From: a virus
Taxonomy: Duplodnaviria > Caudoviricetes
Reading direction: 5' to 3' (one strand)
DNA: 64,000 nucleotides
Virus record (IMG/VR): IMGVR_UViG_3300037067_012088
Span: 32,001-96,000 of that record
The notes under the pieces were generated by a model, which had not been told where the DNA came from, searched no databases, and worked only from the letters and a program-made list of their open reading frames with translations. The position numbers were made by a program, and so were the translations under genes. Positions 18,216-29,374 of the stretch are shown here, one piece after another (positions within the stretch are counted from its first letter, which is position 1; the number at the start of each line of letters is the position of its first letter).

Positions 18216-20416
18216 GATATCACCTCCGTGGGCTCGTAGTGGCGCAGGGTGCTGTTCTTGATGCGCTGAGCGTAGTCAGCGGCCTGTTGTGCGGCTTGGT
18301 TCTCCCGATAGCGCCCGGCCACCTCAAGAATCTCGTTGGAGTAGGTATAGGAGGCTTGGACACCATCTCCACCGAATGACACCGACATGCCGACGAGTCC
18401 GTTGGTGAGGAAATTGGTGGGAACGGACCTAAAGTAATTGAGGGTGAAGGAAACGCGCCGGGTGGAGAAGGTGCGACCCTGCGCAAGGGTGGGCAGGTAG
18501 GGATTGTTCACCTGAGCATTGATGACGGCGAAGTTGCGGGTAAGGGTATACGAGTTGTTCGCCCCCTTGGCGAAAGTCACGTCAACCTGTGTATCGGGCG
18601 ATATCTGATTGGGCTGGAACTCGTAACCGTAGAAGGAATCGGGACTAGAAGCGGAACCGCACTGGGTATACTTACCATAGTAGATGGTATAGTTGCCCTG
18701 CGCGAGAGTCTTGATGACGCTGGTGTTCGCGATAACGTTGTTGCCCTGATTGGTGGGCACAATGCTGACCTCGGAGGGTTCGGACTGCGAAGCCTTGTAG
18801 GTGGAGTAGTCACTTTGGGGGATTCCCTTGATGGGGATGGCGGAGAAGCGCGGATTGAATACCGAGGTCTTGGCGGGAACGGCATTGATGATAGAAACGA
18901 TAGGTTGCGGGACGACGGCGGAAGCATTGTAGCCCACAAAGGTGTTCGTCCCACTGTAGAGGGGGGCCAACTGGGTGTTCAAATCGAACGATTGGTTGCC
19001 TTGGATGAAAAGGCTGTTGTAGGTCTCGTCGATTTGTCCCTGCGTGACATTCGTGCCGTTCAGGTTGAAAGTGCCCGTGATGTTGACCGGAGTGGTATCC
19101 TGATAAACCATCCGATTGCCCACGAAATTGAACCCGGGGAACGAATCGTTAATAGTGGTATCCGGAACAATGTTGACTCCATCAGATGTCGGGGTGAGAT
19201 AGATGGGTTTGATGGATCGACTGTCTGCGTTGGTGAAGGTGAATATCTGCCCCGCGCTCTCATCGAACCACTGGAACCCTTGTTGAACAGCAAGAGAGTT
19301 TTGCTCATTGGACATATATAATCGACCCGCGAGCTTCTGTCCGTATTGGGAGAATGCTTCATACTGCTGATTGAAGTAAGCTTCGTTGAAGATGGCTACT
19401 CGACCGTTCCCATTAGCGGCTTGCGCGACCGAAATGACGCTTGAGAGAGTAGTTTGAGATGGGTCTATCGGAGTCATGCCGCACACGTTAAGACTACCCT
19501 TGGAATAGTTATACAGGAACCAAAAACTCTGACCATACTGTGCTGCCGCCACCTGATTCAAGTCAGGAATAGGCTGAGACAGATTGAACTCATACCCCAT
19601 AGGATAAAGGGTCTGGGTTTGTGTATACAGCGGCCCGTTAGAATCACTGACCTGACTGAGCGGGAACTGGCCACCCTCACCCTGATACCAGTTGAACACC
19701 GTCTTACCGTAGGTGTTGCGGATATCCTCTTCGTCATCGTAGGAAAGGATGCCTTGCGCCGCCAAAGAGGACTGAGTGGGCAATGTGACCGTCAGCTTGG
19801 TAGGGTCGAATATCTTGAGTTGGCCGTTCTCGAAGAAGTAGGACAGGTTGTAGAGAGCTAACCACTCCTCCAGCACACCACGAAAGGTGCCGACGAAATC
19901 GCGCTGGATGGCCCCGTTAAACGAGGCTTGGACGATCACGTTGACCTTGGTCCTCAGGATATCCAAGAACTGCTGGAACGTGTAGGCGTAATCGGGAAAC
20001 TGGGTAAACTCCTTGATCTGTTGCGCGATAGGGTCGAGTGCAGTCTGGAGCTTGGCGGAAAGGGAACGATCATCCACCGGAGTGCCAAGATTGTAGACGT
20101 TCTGACCGCATCCGCGCCCGGTCAAGGCCAGATAGTAGTGATTCAGACGGAATAAGTCGTCGCAGAATTCAACCTCCATAACGCGCCGACCGCCACTCAG
20201 GGACAATTTGCGTCGGATGGGATACATCGAAAACGAGGCGGGTCCGATTGAGATGAAAGCCTTCTGAAGCGGGAGTAGATTGGGCATCGTGTAGGTGCCG
20301 TTCTCGCTGACGAAGAACACGGTGATGCTCACGCCATCCTGCGGCGAATACTCGTAGTCGAGACTGTAGATACGGCCCAGATTGAGGGAACAGGTTACTT
20401 GTTGGAGAGTTTGCAT
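18212..20416 (-). CDS. Putative baseplate hub/tail-tip protein
   Basis: 734 aa; position after the tape measure module. Confidence 0.55.
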   Translation of the reverse strand: MQTLQQVTCSLNLGRIYSLDYEYSPQDGVSITVFFVSENGTYTMPNLLPLQKAFISIGPASFSMYPIRRKLSLSGGRRVMEVEFCDDLFRLNHYYLALTGRGCGQNVYNLGTPVDDRSLSAKLQTALDPIAQQIKEFTQFPDYAYTFQQFLDILRTKVNVIVQASFNGAIQRDFVGTFRGVLEEWLALYNLSYFFENGQLKIFDPTKLTVTLPTQSSLAAQGILSYDDEEDIRNTYGKTVFNWYQGEGGQFPLSQVSDSNGPLYTQTQTLYPMGYEFNLSQPIPDLNQVAAAQYGQSFWFLYNYSKGSLNVCGMTPIDPSQTTLSSVISVAQAANGNGRVAIFNEAYFNQQYEAFSQYGQKLAGRLYMSNEQNSLAVQQGFQWFDESAGQIFTFTNADSRSIKPIYLTPTSDGVNIVPDTTINDSFPGFNFVGNRMVYQDTTPVNITGTFNLNGTNVTQGQIDETYNSLFIQGNQSFDLNTQLAPLYSGTNTFVGYNASAVVPQPIVSIINAVPAKTSVFNPRFSAIPIKGIPQSDYSTYKASQSEPSEVSIVPTNQGNNVIANTSVIKTLAQGNYTIYYGKYTQCGSASSPDSFYGYEFQPNQISPDTQVDVTFAKGANNSYTLTRNFAVINAQVNNPYLPTLAQGRTFSTRRVSFTLNYFRSVPTNFLTNGLVGMSVSFGGDGVQASYTYSNEILEVAGRYRENQAAQQAADYAQRIKNSTLRHYEPTEVIS

Positions 20417-21996
20417 CAGACCCAGAAGAGGTTAGAGTTGGAATACAGTGCCGCGCAAGGAGCGGGGTTAAACGAGTTGCCGCTCAACAGGTCTATCGCC
20501 GCACCCTCGATGTAGAGTGAGTAGTTCTCTTGCCGAACCCCGTTGAAGTAGAGGTTGGAGGTGTTGCGTTGAAAAGGGATTCGTGACCAAAGGGAGAACA
20601 CACCGGTTGTTGAGGCAAGCACAATCGGTATCTGTGACAGGTCGCCCGTAATCCCGGTGGCGCTAGCCCGCAAGAAGACGTTATCGCCTACTGTCACGAA
20701 CTGGTCTCCGCTCGCCAGATTGATGCCGTTGAGATACAATTCCTGACCGGAATAGACGAAGTTGAATCCGCTGCCAGTCACCACGAAGGATGCTTTATCC
20801 CCCGACTTGAGATCCGCGAACGCCGAGTCTGTGTCGAGCGCTCCGGTCACGATGATGTAGTCACCTGTGGGAGCCCAACCTGAGTTGCCCTGTGACACAC
20901 CGTTCAGATAGAGGTTGAGTAGACCGGTCGGATAGGCAGCTTGATAACCCGAGTAGCTGCGCGGCAGGATATTGTTGTAGATGTCGTAGAACGGGGTCGT
21001 GTCGGCGGCGACCTTGGTGAAGTCGCCAGATTGAACGTAGGAGAACATCTGCGTCTTCTCCATGCCGAAAGAGAGGGCGTAACCAGTCAGATACTGAAAC
21101 GCCGTGACCGGATCTCCGGTAATCGTGTAGGTCAGGTTACCACTGATACCGGAGGGGAAGATACCGCTGCTGAGATAACCGGTCAACGAGGTTTCGGTAT
21201 AATTGGTCGGGAATGCTCCCGTGAAATAGTCGCGCCCCTCATCGCCGCCCGGCGAAATGGAGTAACCCGTGATACCCGTGACGCCGACAAAGGCATCTTG
21301 GTAGCCCGTAACACCAGTGGTGATGATATCGGAGGTAGGATAAACCGTGCCGGTTGGGTAAGCGAAGAACCCCGAGCACAGTTGACTCAGCACGTCGCTG
21401 CTTTGCGCCTGTGTGAAGTGGAGGAAGTAATCCATGTAGCCCGTCGTGCCGCCAAGTCGCCAATTGTCGGACTGCGCGATCTGGAAGGGGAAATCGAAGG
21501 ACTCAACCTCAAGAGATTGGGAGTTGGTGTTGTAGTAGCCCAAAGTGACGAAGTTGGGCATGTAGGTCACCGTGAGCACCGCCTTGGAGGAGAAGTTGTT
21601 TTCGGAGGCGGCTACAACTGGTTCGACATTGAACGATTCAAGGTAAGGACAGTTACACTGCGTAACCCCCACGCGCCACCCCGACGCGCCAGTCAGGGAG
21701 TTGAATAGCACGAGTGGCTGGGTATCGACCTTCTTGTAGACGAATACCTGAGTCCAGCTAAGGGATGCCGCTCCGCTTGCCCCGCTGATTTGGGCGTAGT
21801 TGCCGCTGAAGAACCCCGAGTTGGGTTGAGACCAGAAGTTGGTCGTGCTGTTTAAGGTGGCACCGTAAATAGATTGCGCGCCCGAGATGCTGTTGAGATA
21901 GGGGCCGGCACCCTCTTCGAAGGTGTAGAACACGGCGAACTGCCCGGTGTCGATACCGAGGTCATTCACGAAGTAATTGATGCCTGTCTCCTTCAT
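20416..21996 (-). CDS. Virion protein with N-terminal LamG/concanavalin-like domain
   Basis: 'FYTFEEGAG', beta-sandwich pattern, TG/SG-rich. Confidence 0.55.
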   Translation of the reverse strand: MKETGINYFVNDLGIDTGQFAVFYTFEEGAGPYLNSISGAQSIYGATLNSTTNFWSQPNSGFFSGNYAQISGASGAASLSWTQVFVYKKVDTQPLVLFNSLTGASGWRVGVTQCNCPYLESFNVEPVVAASENNFSSKAVLTVTYMPNFVTLGYYNTNSQSLEVESFDFPFQIAQSDNWRLGGTTGYMDYFLHFTQAQSSDVLSQLCSGFFAYPTGTVYPTSDIITTGVTGYQDAFVGVTGITGYSISPGGDEGRDYFTGAFPTNYTETSLTGYLSSGIFPSGISGNLTYTITGDPVTAFQYLTGYALSFGMEKTQMFSYVQSGDFTKVAADTTPFYDIYNNILPRSYSGYQAAYPTGLLNLYLNGVSQGNSGWAPTGDYIIVTGALDTDSAFADLKSGDKASFVVTGSGFNFVYSGQELYLNGINLASGDQFVTVGDNVFLRASATGITGDLSQIPIVLASTTGVFSLWSRIPFQRNTSNLYFNGVRQENYSLYIEGAAIDLLSGNSFNPAPCAALYSNSNLFWV

Positions 21997-22018
21997 TTCG
22001 CCTTATTCCTGCTCTCTA

Positions 22019-22044
22019 ATACACCGTTTTCTCACTGGACGGAC
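22019..22044 (-). promoter_or_regulatory. Late-type promoter (GGTGTAT box, weak upstream box)
   Basis: GGTGTAT in the intergenic gap 23 nt before ATG 21996. Confidence 0.5.
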
Positions 22045-23660
22045 AAGGAACTCACGTTAGACGGACCCACGATATTGCCGCCCGGCCCGAATGACCACGA
22101 GAAGGAGAACGAGAGAACCCTCTCATCAAATCTACTGGTGGTCACATCATTGCGGTCGAGAGAGGCATAGAGGAAGGTGCCATACTGGTTGAACAGGTTT
22201 TGACAGGCTGACTTGACTGCCGCGACACCTGCGGCTGACGACTGATTCTTGTTCACGATGGCGGTCCCGTTGATGGAAACGGAGGCCCGCTTAGCGTAGT
22301 TGAGATTGACGACAGAGTATTGACCTAGGCCATCGAGTCTGGGTTGGGCATCAGCTTGTCCCAAAGCGGGAACGAACTCCATCGTGTAGTCAAAACGGTC
22401 AAGGACGGAGTTAACCTGAATCTCGTTGGTGAAGGTGGCGTTTAGCTCGACTGTGCCATTAGACTGGTTAATACCCTTTCCTTGGGTGGTAGGAACCGGA
22501 TTCAGCGGGGTGATAGAGGAAGCGTCGAATGACGTGTAAAACGGGAGGACGAGGTTGTAGAGATCGACGGTAGCGGCGTAAGCCGTGGTGCGAGCCAATT
22601 TGAACGCCACATCCCCGCCGCGCGCCGTGATGATACCTTGAATGGTGGCTGTAATCGACCCATTGGTCCCCACAGATAGGCCCACAGTATAGTCGAATAC
22701 CACGGGGGGCTGGTTGTTGTTATCGAACAGATAGGAGAAGCCGATTTGGGCGGTAAAGGGGTCCTCATCAAAGGACTGGACCAAGGGAATAGGGTTCAGG
22801 TCAGTGCGGTCGAACACACTCTGATAAGCTTTGGTAGCCACAGCGGTCATGTTGATACGCTGAAGAGCATAGCGGGTTCCTGTGATGTTACGTTGGCATC
22901 CCTCCGCCGAACCATTAAGGGATACGGTAATGGCGTTGTTGCCCGACTCGACGGTAGTAGCGTATCTAATGACCCCGTAACCCGTCCGCGCCAAGTCGTT
23001 GGTATAGTTCTCGACCAGCGAATAGGTGCCGTTGAAGCGGTCGATGTTCTCGGTTTGAGTCAGGAGACAGAAGTTGTCTGGGCTTACGCCGCTTATCATG
23101 GCCGGATAGACCCAACTGTTGATACCAGTGCGTCCGAACGCCCAATCGCGCGCGTTGGTCAAAGCATTGCTGGCGGACGAAGAGGTATTGAGACCACGAC
23201 AAGAGACGGTGTGAGATATGTCAAGAGTGGCGTTTTGGGTCTCGACGAAATCCCACGTGTCGCGCGGCTCAAGCACTCCGAAGACGCCGCTGAACAGACC
23301 CGATGGGTAGCAAAGAAGGCTGACTGTGTAGGGTTGGACACCGAACATGCGCGACTGAGGGAAGGTCACGCTCTGGACCTCGACAAGGGGCTTCTGGTAG
23401 ACCAGTCCGGATACGTTGCCCGTCTGTTGCCATATCTGGAGGGTCTGGAACGACTGATTGAAGCGAGACAGCACATCATTCTGCGCCGCGACAATCGCAT
23501 CGAATGAGCAGCCGGTCAATTGACCTTGGAGCGTCATGTTCTCGGCCACGGCCCACCGTTCGCCCGCGTAGATGGTTTGGTAATCCACCCCGATGAAGGG
23601 AGTGGGTTGCGGTGCGAAAGCGTCGGTTCCGGCGTAGAGGATGGAGACTTGATCGGACAT
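22032..23660 (-). CDS. Tail structural protein (distal tail/baseplate region)
   Basis: Beta-rich repeats; second gene after the tape measure. Confidence 0.6.
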   Translation of the reverse strand: MSDQVSILYAGTDAFAPQPTPFIGVDYQTIYAGERWAVAENMTLQGQLTGCSFDAIVAAQNDVLSRFNQSFQTLQIWQQTGNVSGLVYQKPLVEVQSVTFPQSRMFGVQPYTVSLLCYPSGLFSGVFGVLEPRDTWDFVETQNATLDISHTVSCRGLNTSSSASNALTNARDWAFGRTGINSWVYPAMISGVSPDNFCLLTQTENIDRFNGTYSLVENYTNDLARTGYGVIRYATTVESGNNAITVSLNGSAEGCQRNITGTRYALQRINMTAVATKAYQSVFDRTDLNPIPLVQSFDEDPFTAQIGFSYLFDNNNQPPVVFDYTVGLSVGTNGSITATIQGIITARGGDVAFKLARTTAYAATVDLYNLVLPFYTSFDASSITPLNPVPTTQGKGINQSNGTVELNATFTNEIQVNSVLDRFDYTMEFVPALGQADAQPRLDGLGQYSVVNLNYAKRASVSINGTAIVNKNQSSAAGVAAVKSACQNLFNQYGTFLYASLDRNDVTTSRFDERVLSFSFSWSFGPGGNIVGPSNVSSLSVQ

Positions 23661-25252
23661 TAGAGGGCGATGCTCTTAGAAGCAGACCGGTTGAAGACCC
23701 AAGTGAGTTGGGCACTGACTCCGTTTTGATTAGGGCTATAGGAGTAGGAGGAGCCGCCAATCCATACCTCGATTCCCACTGGCTTGTTCGCGTTGATCTC
23801 GGTCACGGCTGAGGATAGGAAGGTAGAGAGTGCTACTGTCTTGTCTCCCTCCATGTCCACGGCTACCGTTTGGGACCCGAGAGTGGACTGTTTGTCGTCT
23901 TGGGCTATCTCGCGTAGATTGAATATGTCAATATCGTTGTAGGAGTAGACGGAAGCATTGGTGTTGACCGTCACGTTCTTGCGCCGGATGCCTGCATTGG
24001 CGATTAGAGAAGGATCATTGGAGTAGAGATAGGAGTAGCCGACATTGCCGCGCACGGGGGCATATGATTCTTGCTTGGTCTCAAGGAAGTTGGTGGCGGA
24101 ACCAAAGGTCGAGGAGAAGAGAGTAGTCGTGCGACCCGCGATGCCGGCTTTGACGGTCACGTAACCCGCTTGGGCGTTGTTGAAGGAGGTGGTGGTGTTG
24201 ACCCCACGGCCCTGAACTGTGCCAGCCTCGTTCACCGTTCCCACGCCGTCTTGAAGGTTGGTCTGCTGGGTATAGTCCCAGAAGTAGGTCTGCTGATTGG
24301 TGGGACTGTTGTCGAAGGAAACGGTATAGCCGATGTTGTTGTTGAAGATGTCGATGGTGCGCCCCTGCACGGTGGGAGAGGTGACCAGCATGGTTCCCGA
24401 GGGAAGGTAGTTGGTGGCCGCGCCGCTGCACCGGTAGTACGACCCCGTCATCTCGGTGGACAAGGCCGTCAGGGCGCGCTGGTAATTGGGGTTCTGAATA
24501 CCGCGAATCTGACCCTGCTCGGTAGCGGTTGTGACACCGTTCTCGTCCAGTCGCACACTCACTGTCTGCGTTGCTGAGTAGGTGATGTTGTCATTGTCGA
24601 AGTCGAAGGTCTCCTGAAACCCGCACGTGCCGTTTATCAGGTCATACGTCTCCGTGACATAACGCTTACCTTGGGTGTTGGTGTAGCCGGGATAGAACGC
24701 CATGCCCAGATTGGAGCCCGTGAACAGGGACATCGCCATCTGTTGCGCCGCTTGGACGGTAGAGAGGTGCTGGGCGCCGCTGACAAACTGGACGCTGGCA
24801 TTGTGAGCGTAAGAGTAGCCGCCGTTCAGCTTCTTGTTGAACGTGTAGGTCTCAGAGAAGGTGTTGATGAGGGCCGGAGCGACGAGGTTAACCCCACTGT
24901 AGTAGTAGCCCGTCAGATTGAACAGATTGCCCGAATCGTAGACGAGTAGGTTGGCTTGATACTCCTTCAGCTTGACATCGTTGCCTTCGGCGAAGGAAAT
25001 AGACTCGATGCGACCGGAACCGAAGTCCACCCCATTGAGCACGAGCCCTTGGTAGTCGTGGTTATTCTGCACCGTCTGAAGCATACCTTGCGCGCCGGAC
25101 CACGTGCCCGTGAGCCCGAAGACTGCTGGGAGGTCGTTTGCTGAACCAGCAATGTTGATCCGGCGAAACGAGGCATACTGAAAACCCGCGTCAAAGAAGC
25201 GGGCGTCTTGGGAGTAACCCAGCAGAGAGACGTTGGGGAAGGAGAGAGACAT
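23660..25252 (-). CDS. Tail structural protein (distal tail/baseplate region)
   Basis: Immediately follows the tape measure; similar repeat architecture to 22032-23660. Confidence 0.6.
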   Translation of the reverse strand: MSLSFPNVSLLGYSQDARFFDAGFQYASFRRINIAGSANDLPAVFGLTGTWSGAQGMLQTVQNNHDYQGLVLNGVDFGSGRIESISFAEGNDVKLKEYQANLLVYDSGNLFNLTGYYYSGVNLVAPALINTFSETYTFNKKLNGGYSYAHNASVQFVSGAQHLSTVQAAQQMAMSLFTGSNLGMAFYPGYTNTQGKRYVTETYDLINGTCGFQETFDFDNDNITYSATQTVSVRLDENGVTTATEQGQIRGIQNPNYQRALTALSTEMTGSYYRCSGAATNYLPSGTMLVTSPTVQGRTIDIFNNNIGYTVSFDNSPTNQQTYFWDYTQQTNLQDGVGTVNEAGTVQGRGVNTTTSFNNAQAGYVTVKAGIAGRTTTLFSSTFGSATNFLETKQESYAPVRGNVGYSYLYSNDPSLIANAGIRRKNVTVNTNASVYSYNDIDIFNLREIAQDDKQSTLGSQTVAVDMEGDKTVALSTFLSSAVTEINANKPVGIEVWIGGSSYSYSPNQNGVSAQLTWVFNRSASKSIAL

Positions 25253-28200
25253 TACGGAGTCTTACGGATGAAGCCGTCCGAACCCTTGGTCAGGTTGTTA
25301 CCAAACGCACTGTTGGTCGAGACGGGAGTGGGAGGCGGTTGGCCATCGACCTTGGAGAGACGCAGATTGAGGTCGGTGATTTGAGCTTGGAACTGCTTGC
25401 CAATCGCGGCGGTGAGTTCGGCGGCGAGTTGCTGGAGTTCCGTGCTGCTCTTGGTATCCGACATGACCTTGATGGTGCCATCGACCTGAAGGGCTGTGCG
25501 GATGACGGTTCCGTTGACCGATTGAAGGGTCTTCTCGACCGTGGCTTGAGCAGCCTTGAGGGCGTCTCCGGCGGTCACCGAATACTTGCCGCCCGGCGCA
25601 AGACCAGATTGGGACGAATCGAAGTTGGGTCCGTAGGATAGGCTGTTGATCCCGGCATCACCAGCGGTGTTACGAGCGCGTTGCACGAAGTCCAGCGCGA
25701 GACCGGCCTTACCCGAGTTACGGACTCCCGCTCCGGCGAGGAACTGAAGCTGGCGCTCAATCGCCAGAGCGTTGGGGTCGCCGAGATTGTTGGTGAGTCC
25801 GGTAATGGAAGGGTTATTGCCCTTGAGCAGAGAAAGGGCAGCGCGTAATGCGTTGTCCTGCTGCGTTCCTGCGCGAGCCTTCCTGAAATCGGCGTTGCTC
25901 TCCAGTCCCTTTTCGCTGGCAACCCCAGAAGATATCAGTTCTTGGAAGAAGGCAAAGTCAGCTTGGGCACGAGACGCCTGCGAGGAGCGTGGACTGCGAC
26001 CTGTCAGCGCTGCATTCTGGTAGACACCAAGATTAGGAGAATTCGTGAACGCAGTGTTGGAGAGACGACCCTTGAGGGCACTCTTTTCCAAGTCCGCGAT
26101 TATGGCAGAATACCGGTCGAAGCGCGTCTTAGCCGTTTTGAGAGCCTCGGCGAATTCCACCTGTTTGTCGGCAGTGATTTCGGTCGTTGCTCCCAGCTTA
26201 TCGTATATGGCGCTCAGCTTCTCTACGTCTCCGGACTGACTCTTACCTCCAATAACTCGATTGAGTAGTGACTCGTCAATGGAGCCGGAGTTGCGACTGT
26301 TAACGAGACCAGACAGGTCCTTGCCGATATCGCGAGCTTGGTTAACCCCCTCGAATGGGTTATCGAACTGAGACGCGAAAAAAGACAGTCCGCGCAGAGG
26401 ACCGGCGGCGACACCGTTCCCGGCAAAGCGTTTAGCTTGGTCGAGAAGCCCTCCGCGAGACAATGCGTTACCACCCTTCTGGACCTCGCCCACAATGGAT
26501 GCGCGGCTAACCTTGTCACTGATCTCTTCCAGTATCTGGGATATCTCGGTTTGAGAGATGTTGGAAGCTCCAAGTCGCCCTCTGAACTCAGGATCGACAT
26601 TGAGGAGAGCTTCGGCTTTCTGCTGACGCAAACGGACTGCCGCTGCGCCACTACCTCCACCTTCGGCAATACTCTCGTTGAGCGTAGCCACCTTTCGCGC
26701 GGCATCGAGTCCTGCGTTTTGGGCCGCCACAGTCTTGTCGATGGCTTCATTGAATTCGGCGAGAGACTGATTCGATTTGGAGACGTAGCCGACAAGGGCT
26801 CCGAGAGCGACACCGACAACGGCAGCTTGTGGACCGAAGATGCCTAATCCGGCTCCCTGACCGGCTCCTTGGAGTGCTCCGCTGGCTTGTCCGGCCAAGG
26901 TTCCTCCCGGGGCATCAGGAACGAAGCCTGAAGCAAAGGGAGCAAGGAAAGCAAGACCAAGAGCGCGATTCTGTTGGGTTTGGCGGCTCTGAACGATGTT
27001 GGCCGCCGAAACCCTACGTCGTTCCTGACTCGCGCGGAATCTGTCCTCAAGGCGTTGCTGAGCGTCGATCTCGGCTTGAATTGCCAGTCTCTTTTGGAGT
27101 TGGGGATTGATGGGGAAAGCCGGCCCTAGGATACCTTGATTCGGGAGAGAGTTTTTACGGGCGGCATTCCCAAAGGTTCCGCTCCGATCAAACCCGCCCC
27201 CAGTAGGGGTAACATACCCGGAGGAAGAAACCTCTCCTGTGACTATCTTGGCCGAGATAAACGCCTGATTGAACTGCTGTGCCAACCGTCCAAGCACATT
27301 CTCCCGAGAAGCCTTGCTCAGTTTAAGACTGGCGTCTTGGATTTGTGAGCCAATCTTGTTGAACTCCTCGCTAAGAGGCTTGACTCCCTTGAGGGCCCTG
27401 AATAGAGAATATATCTCATCTGCCGCCGCGTTTCGCACACCAATTGTAGGGTCTCTGGGACCGGCAGCAAAGTTGGGGGCGCTCATTCCCGCCGTCTTCG
27501 GATTACCGCCCTGAGAAATGACCCGGTTGACCCCCTGATATCCACCCAAAGGCTCGTCACGACGGTTGGCAACCAGCAGACCAAGAGGATTCGCGAAGTT
27601 GGCCACACGTGGGTCACGATCCACATAGATGTCCTTGGGATTGACTCCCGCCGCCTTCTCGCGATTGATAGCTGCGCCGATAGGATCAGCGAAGTTGCCA
27701 ATGTAGCCACCGCCGCGTTTAATGCGAGGATCGGTTCGGCTTCCCACACCAAGAGGACCAGCCACTTGGAAAGATCTCGTTAGCGGATTTCCAGCCAACT
27801 CCTCTTGATTGATGCGAGCTTGAATCGCGAGAATCTGTTCCTTACGCGCGAGCACACTGGTGGCTGCGGCAAGCTGGAGCTTCTCGGCTTCGGTCGCCTG
27901 TTGAAGGAGCTGGACAATCTGCTTCTGGATGTTGGCTCTCGCTAGGGCTGCACTGTTGATCGTAAGCAGCGTGCGGGCCTCTTGCGCGATGGTCAGGATG
28001 ACCTTCTTGAAGGCGTTGATCAAGATGACGGCCACCGCAATCAATCCGGGTCCACTTAGCACGTTGCTGAGACCCTTGATGAGACCATTACCGAGTGACG
28101 CTCCCAACTCGTCACCCGCATCACCCGATAGATAGGCTCTCAGTTGCTCGACCTCCTTGAGTATCTCCCCGAACAGGCCGGTTATTTTCTGGTCGCCAAT

Positions 28201-29319
28201 GCTGGCGAAGAGCTGCTTGATAGACAGTCCCGTCGAGTTGAGCAGGGACGCAATGGTCTGGTTGAGTTGCTCGTTCTTACGGATGGCTTCGTCGGTAGCG
28301 TTGGACGCAGTATTGACGGCGTTACCGTATACGCTATATTGCTTGCTCAGGTCGCCCAATGCGGCCTTCAAGATGTTGACTTGGAAGGTGCCCGCGACCG
28401 TCCTGTCGAGAGCCGCTCTCTCGGCCTCTCCGACCCTTTCACGCGCCGAAGCATAGTCGCGCAGGATGCTGATCGCGTCTCTCAGAGACCCGTCTGTGTT
28501 CTTGATGGCCACGCCGACGCTTTCAAGGGCGCTAACTGTTTCCGGCGCCGCCTGAATGCGCGTGAAGATGGTCTTGAGGCCGTTACCGATGGTGGCACCA
28601 CCACGGGCGGTCGTCTGTTGGAGGGAGGTGACGAGGCCGATTAACTGGTCGATACCCACACCCGCTGACTGAGCCGTGGAACCCACGCGAGAGATGGCTT
28701 CCGCAAGGTCCTTGGACGACACGGCGAACTTGGTGTCCACTGCCGCGAACTTGTTGACGATCTCGCTGGAGGTAAGAGCTTCTTGATTGAACGAATTGAT
28801 GGCAGCGGTCAACGCCTCTACGGACTCCGCCGAACCCAGACCTGCGATACGGGACAGGATGAGGGCATCCTTCAACCGCTTGATGGTCTCCTCGGCACTG
28901 AGACCTTGGCGCGCCAGTTCAGCAGCAGCTCCGGAAGCGGCCTCGAAGGTGGTGCCCGTTTGGCGCGCCACATTGAACAGGTCAGACCCGAACTGCTTGA
29001 GTCCTTGGGCGCTTTGACCCAAGTTGACATTGATGGCCGCGAGATTCTTGTCTACCTCTACGATGGACTCGGCGAAGGCTCTTGTGGCCTTAGCTACCCC
29101 TGTAAAAACCGCCGCCGCCACGCCGAAGGCCACGACACGGTTGGTCGCCTTACCCAGTGAGTTGTCGAAGTCCCTAGCGTCCGCGCTGATCGCGCCGAAC
29201 ATGCTGTTGCGCCCCGATGCCCCGCGCTGAATAGTCTGTTGGAAGCGGTTATACTGCTGGACCGCTTGGCGCGTATCCAGTTGCAGGGTAGTAGAGACTG
29301 TTCCGACGTTTTGGGGCAT
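25252..29319 (-). CDS. Tail tape measure protein
   Basis: 1355 aa, Ala-rich helical; TP901-type core 'AAELARQGLS', 'AVSSKDLAEAISR', 'GGATIGNGLKTIFTRI'. Confidence 0.92.
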   Translation of the reverse strand: MPQNVGTVSTTLQLDTRQAVQQYNRFQQTIQRGASGRNSMFGAISADARDFDNSLGKATNRVVAFGVAAAVFTGVAKATRAFAESIVEVDKNLAAINVNLGQSAQGLKQFGSDLFNVARQTGTTFEAASGAAAELARQGLSAEETIKRLKDALILSRIAGLGSAESVEALTAAINSFNQEALTSSEIVNKFAAVDTKFAVSSKDLAEAISRVGSTAQSAGVGIDQLIGLVTSLQQTTARGGATIGNGLKTIFTRIQAAPETVSALESVGVAIKNTDGSLRDAISILRDYASARERVGEAERAALDRTVAGTFQVNILKAALGDLSKQYSVYGNAVNTASNATDEAIRKNEQLNQTIASLLNSTGLSIKQLFASIGDQKITGLFGEILKEVEQLRAYLSGDAGDELGASLGNGLIKGLSNVLSGPGLIAVAVILINAFKKVILTIAQEARTLLTINSAALARANIQKQIVQLLQQATEAEKLQLAAATSVLARKEQILAIQARINQEELAGNPLTRSFQVAGPLGVGSRTDPRIKRGGGYIGNFADPIGAAINREKAAGVNPKDIYVDRDPRVANFANPLGLLVANRRDEPLGGYQGVNRVISQGGNPKTAGMSAPNFAAGPRDPTIGVRNAAADEIYSLFRALKGVKPLSEEFNKIGSQIQDASLKLSKASRENVLGRLAQQFNQAFISAKIVTGEVSSSGYVTPTGGGFDRSGTFGNAARKNSLPNQGILGPAFPINPQLQKRLAIQAEIDAQQRLEDRFRASQERRRVSAANIVQSRQTQQNRALGLAFLAPFASGFVPDAPGGTLAGQASGALQGAGQGAGLGIFGPQAAVVGVALGALVGYVSKSNQSLAEFNEAIDKTVAAQNAGLDAARKVATLNESIAEGGGSGAAAVRLRQQKAEALLNVDPEFRGRLGASNISQTEISQILEEISDKVSRASIVGEVQKGGNALSRGGLLDQAKRFAGNGVAAGPLRGLSFFASQFDNPFEGVNQARDIGKDLSGLVNSRNSGSIDESLLNRVIGGKSQSGDVEKLSAIYDKLGATTEITADKQVEFAEALKTAKTRFDRYSAIIADLEKSALKGRLSNTAFTNSPNLGVYQNAALTGRSPRSSQASRAQADFAFFQELISSGVASEKGLESNADFRKARAGTQQDNALRAALSLLKGNNPSITGLTNNLGDPNALAIERQLQFLAGAGVRNSGKAGLALDFVQRARNTAGDAGINSLSYGPNFDSSQSGLAPGGKYSVTAGDALKAAQATVEKTLQSVNGTVIRTALQVDGTIKVMSDTKSSTELQQLAAELTAAIGKQFQAQITDLNLRLSKVDGQPPPTPVSTNSAFGNNLTKGSDGFIRKTP

Positions 29320-29343
29320 ATGACCTTAGACCTTCGCTATCTA

Positions 29344-29369
29344 ATACACCCAGAAAAGCCGGGTTTACT
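29344..29369 (-). promoter_or_regulatory. Late-type promoter AGTAAAC-N12-GGTGTAT
   Basis: Motif match upstream of the tape measure gene. Confidence 0.75.
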
Positions 29370-29374
29370 GGACC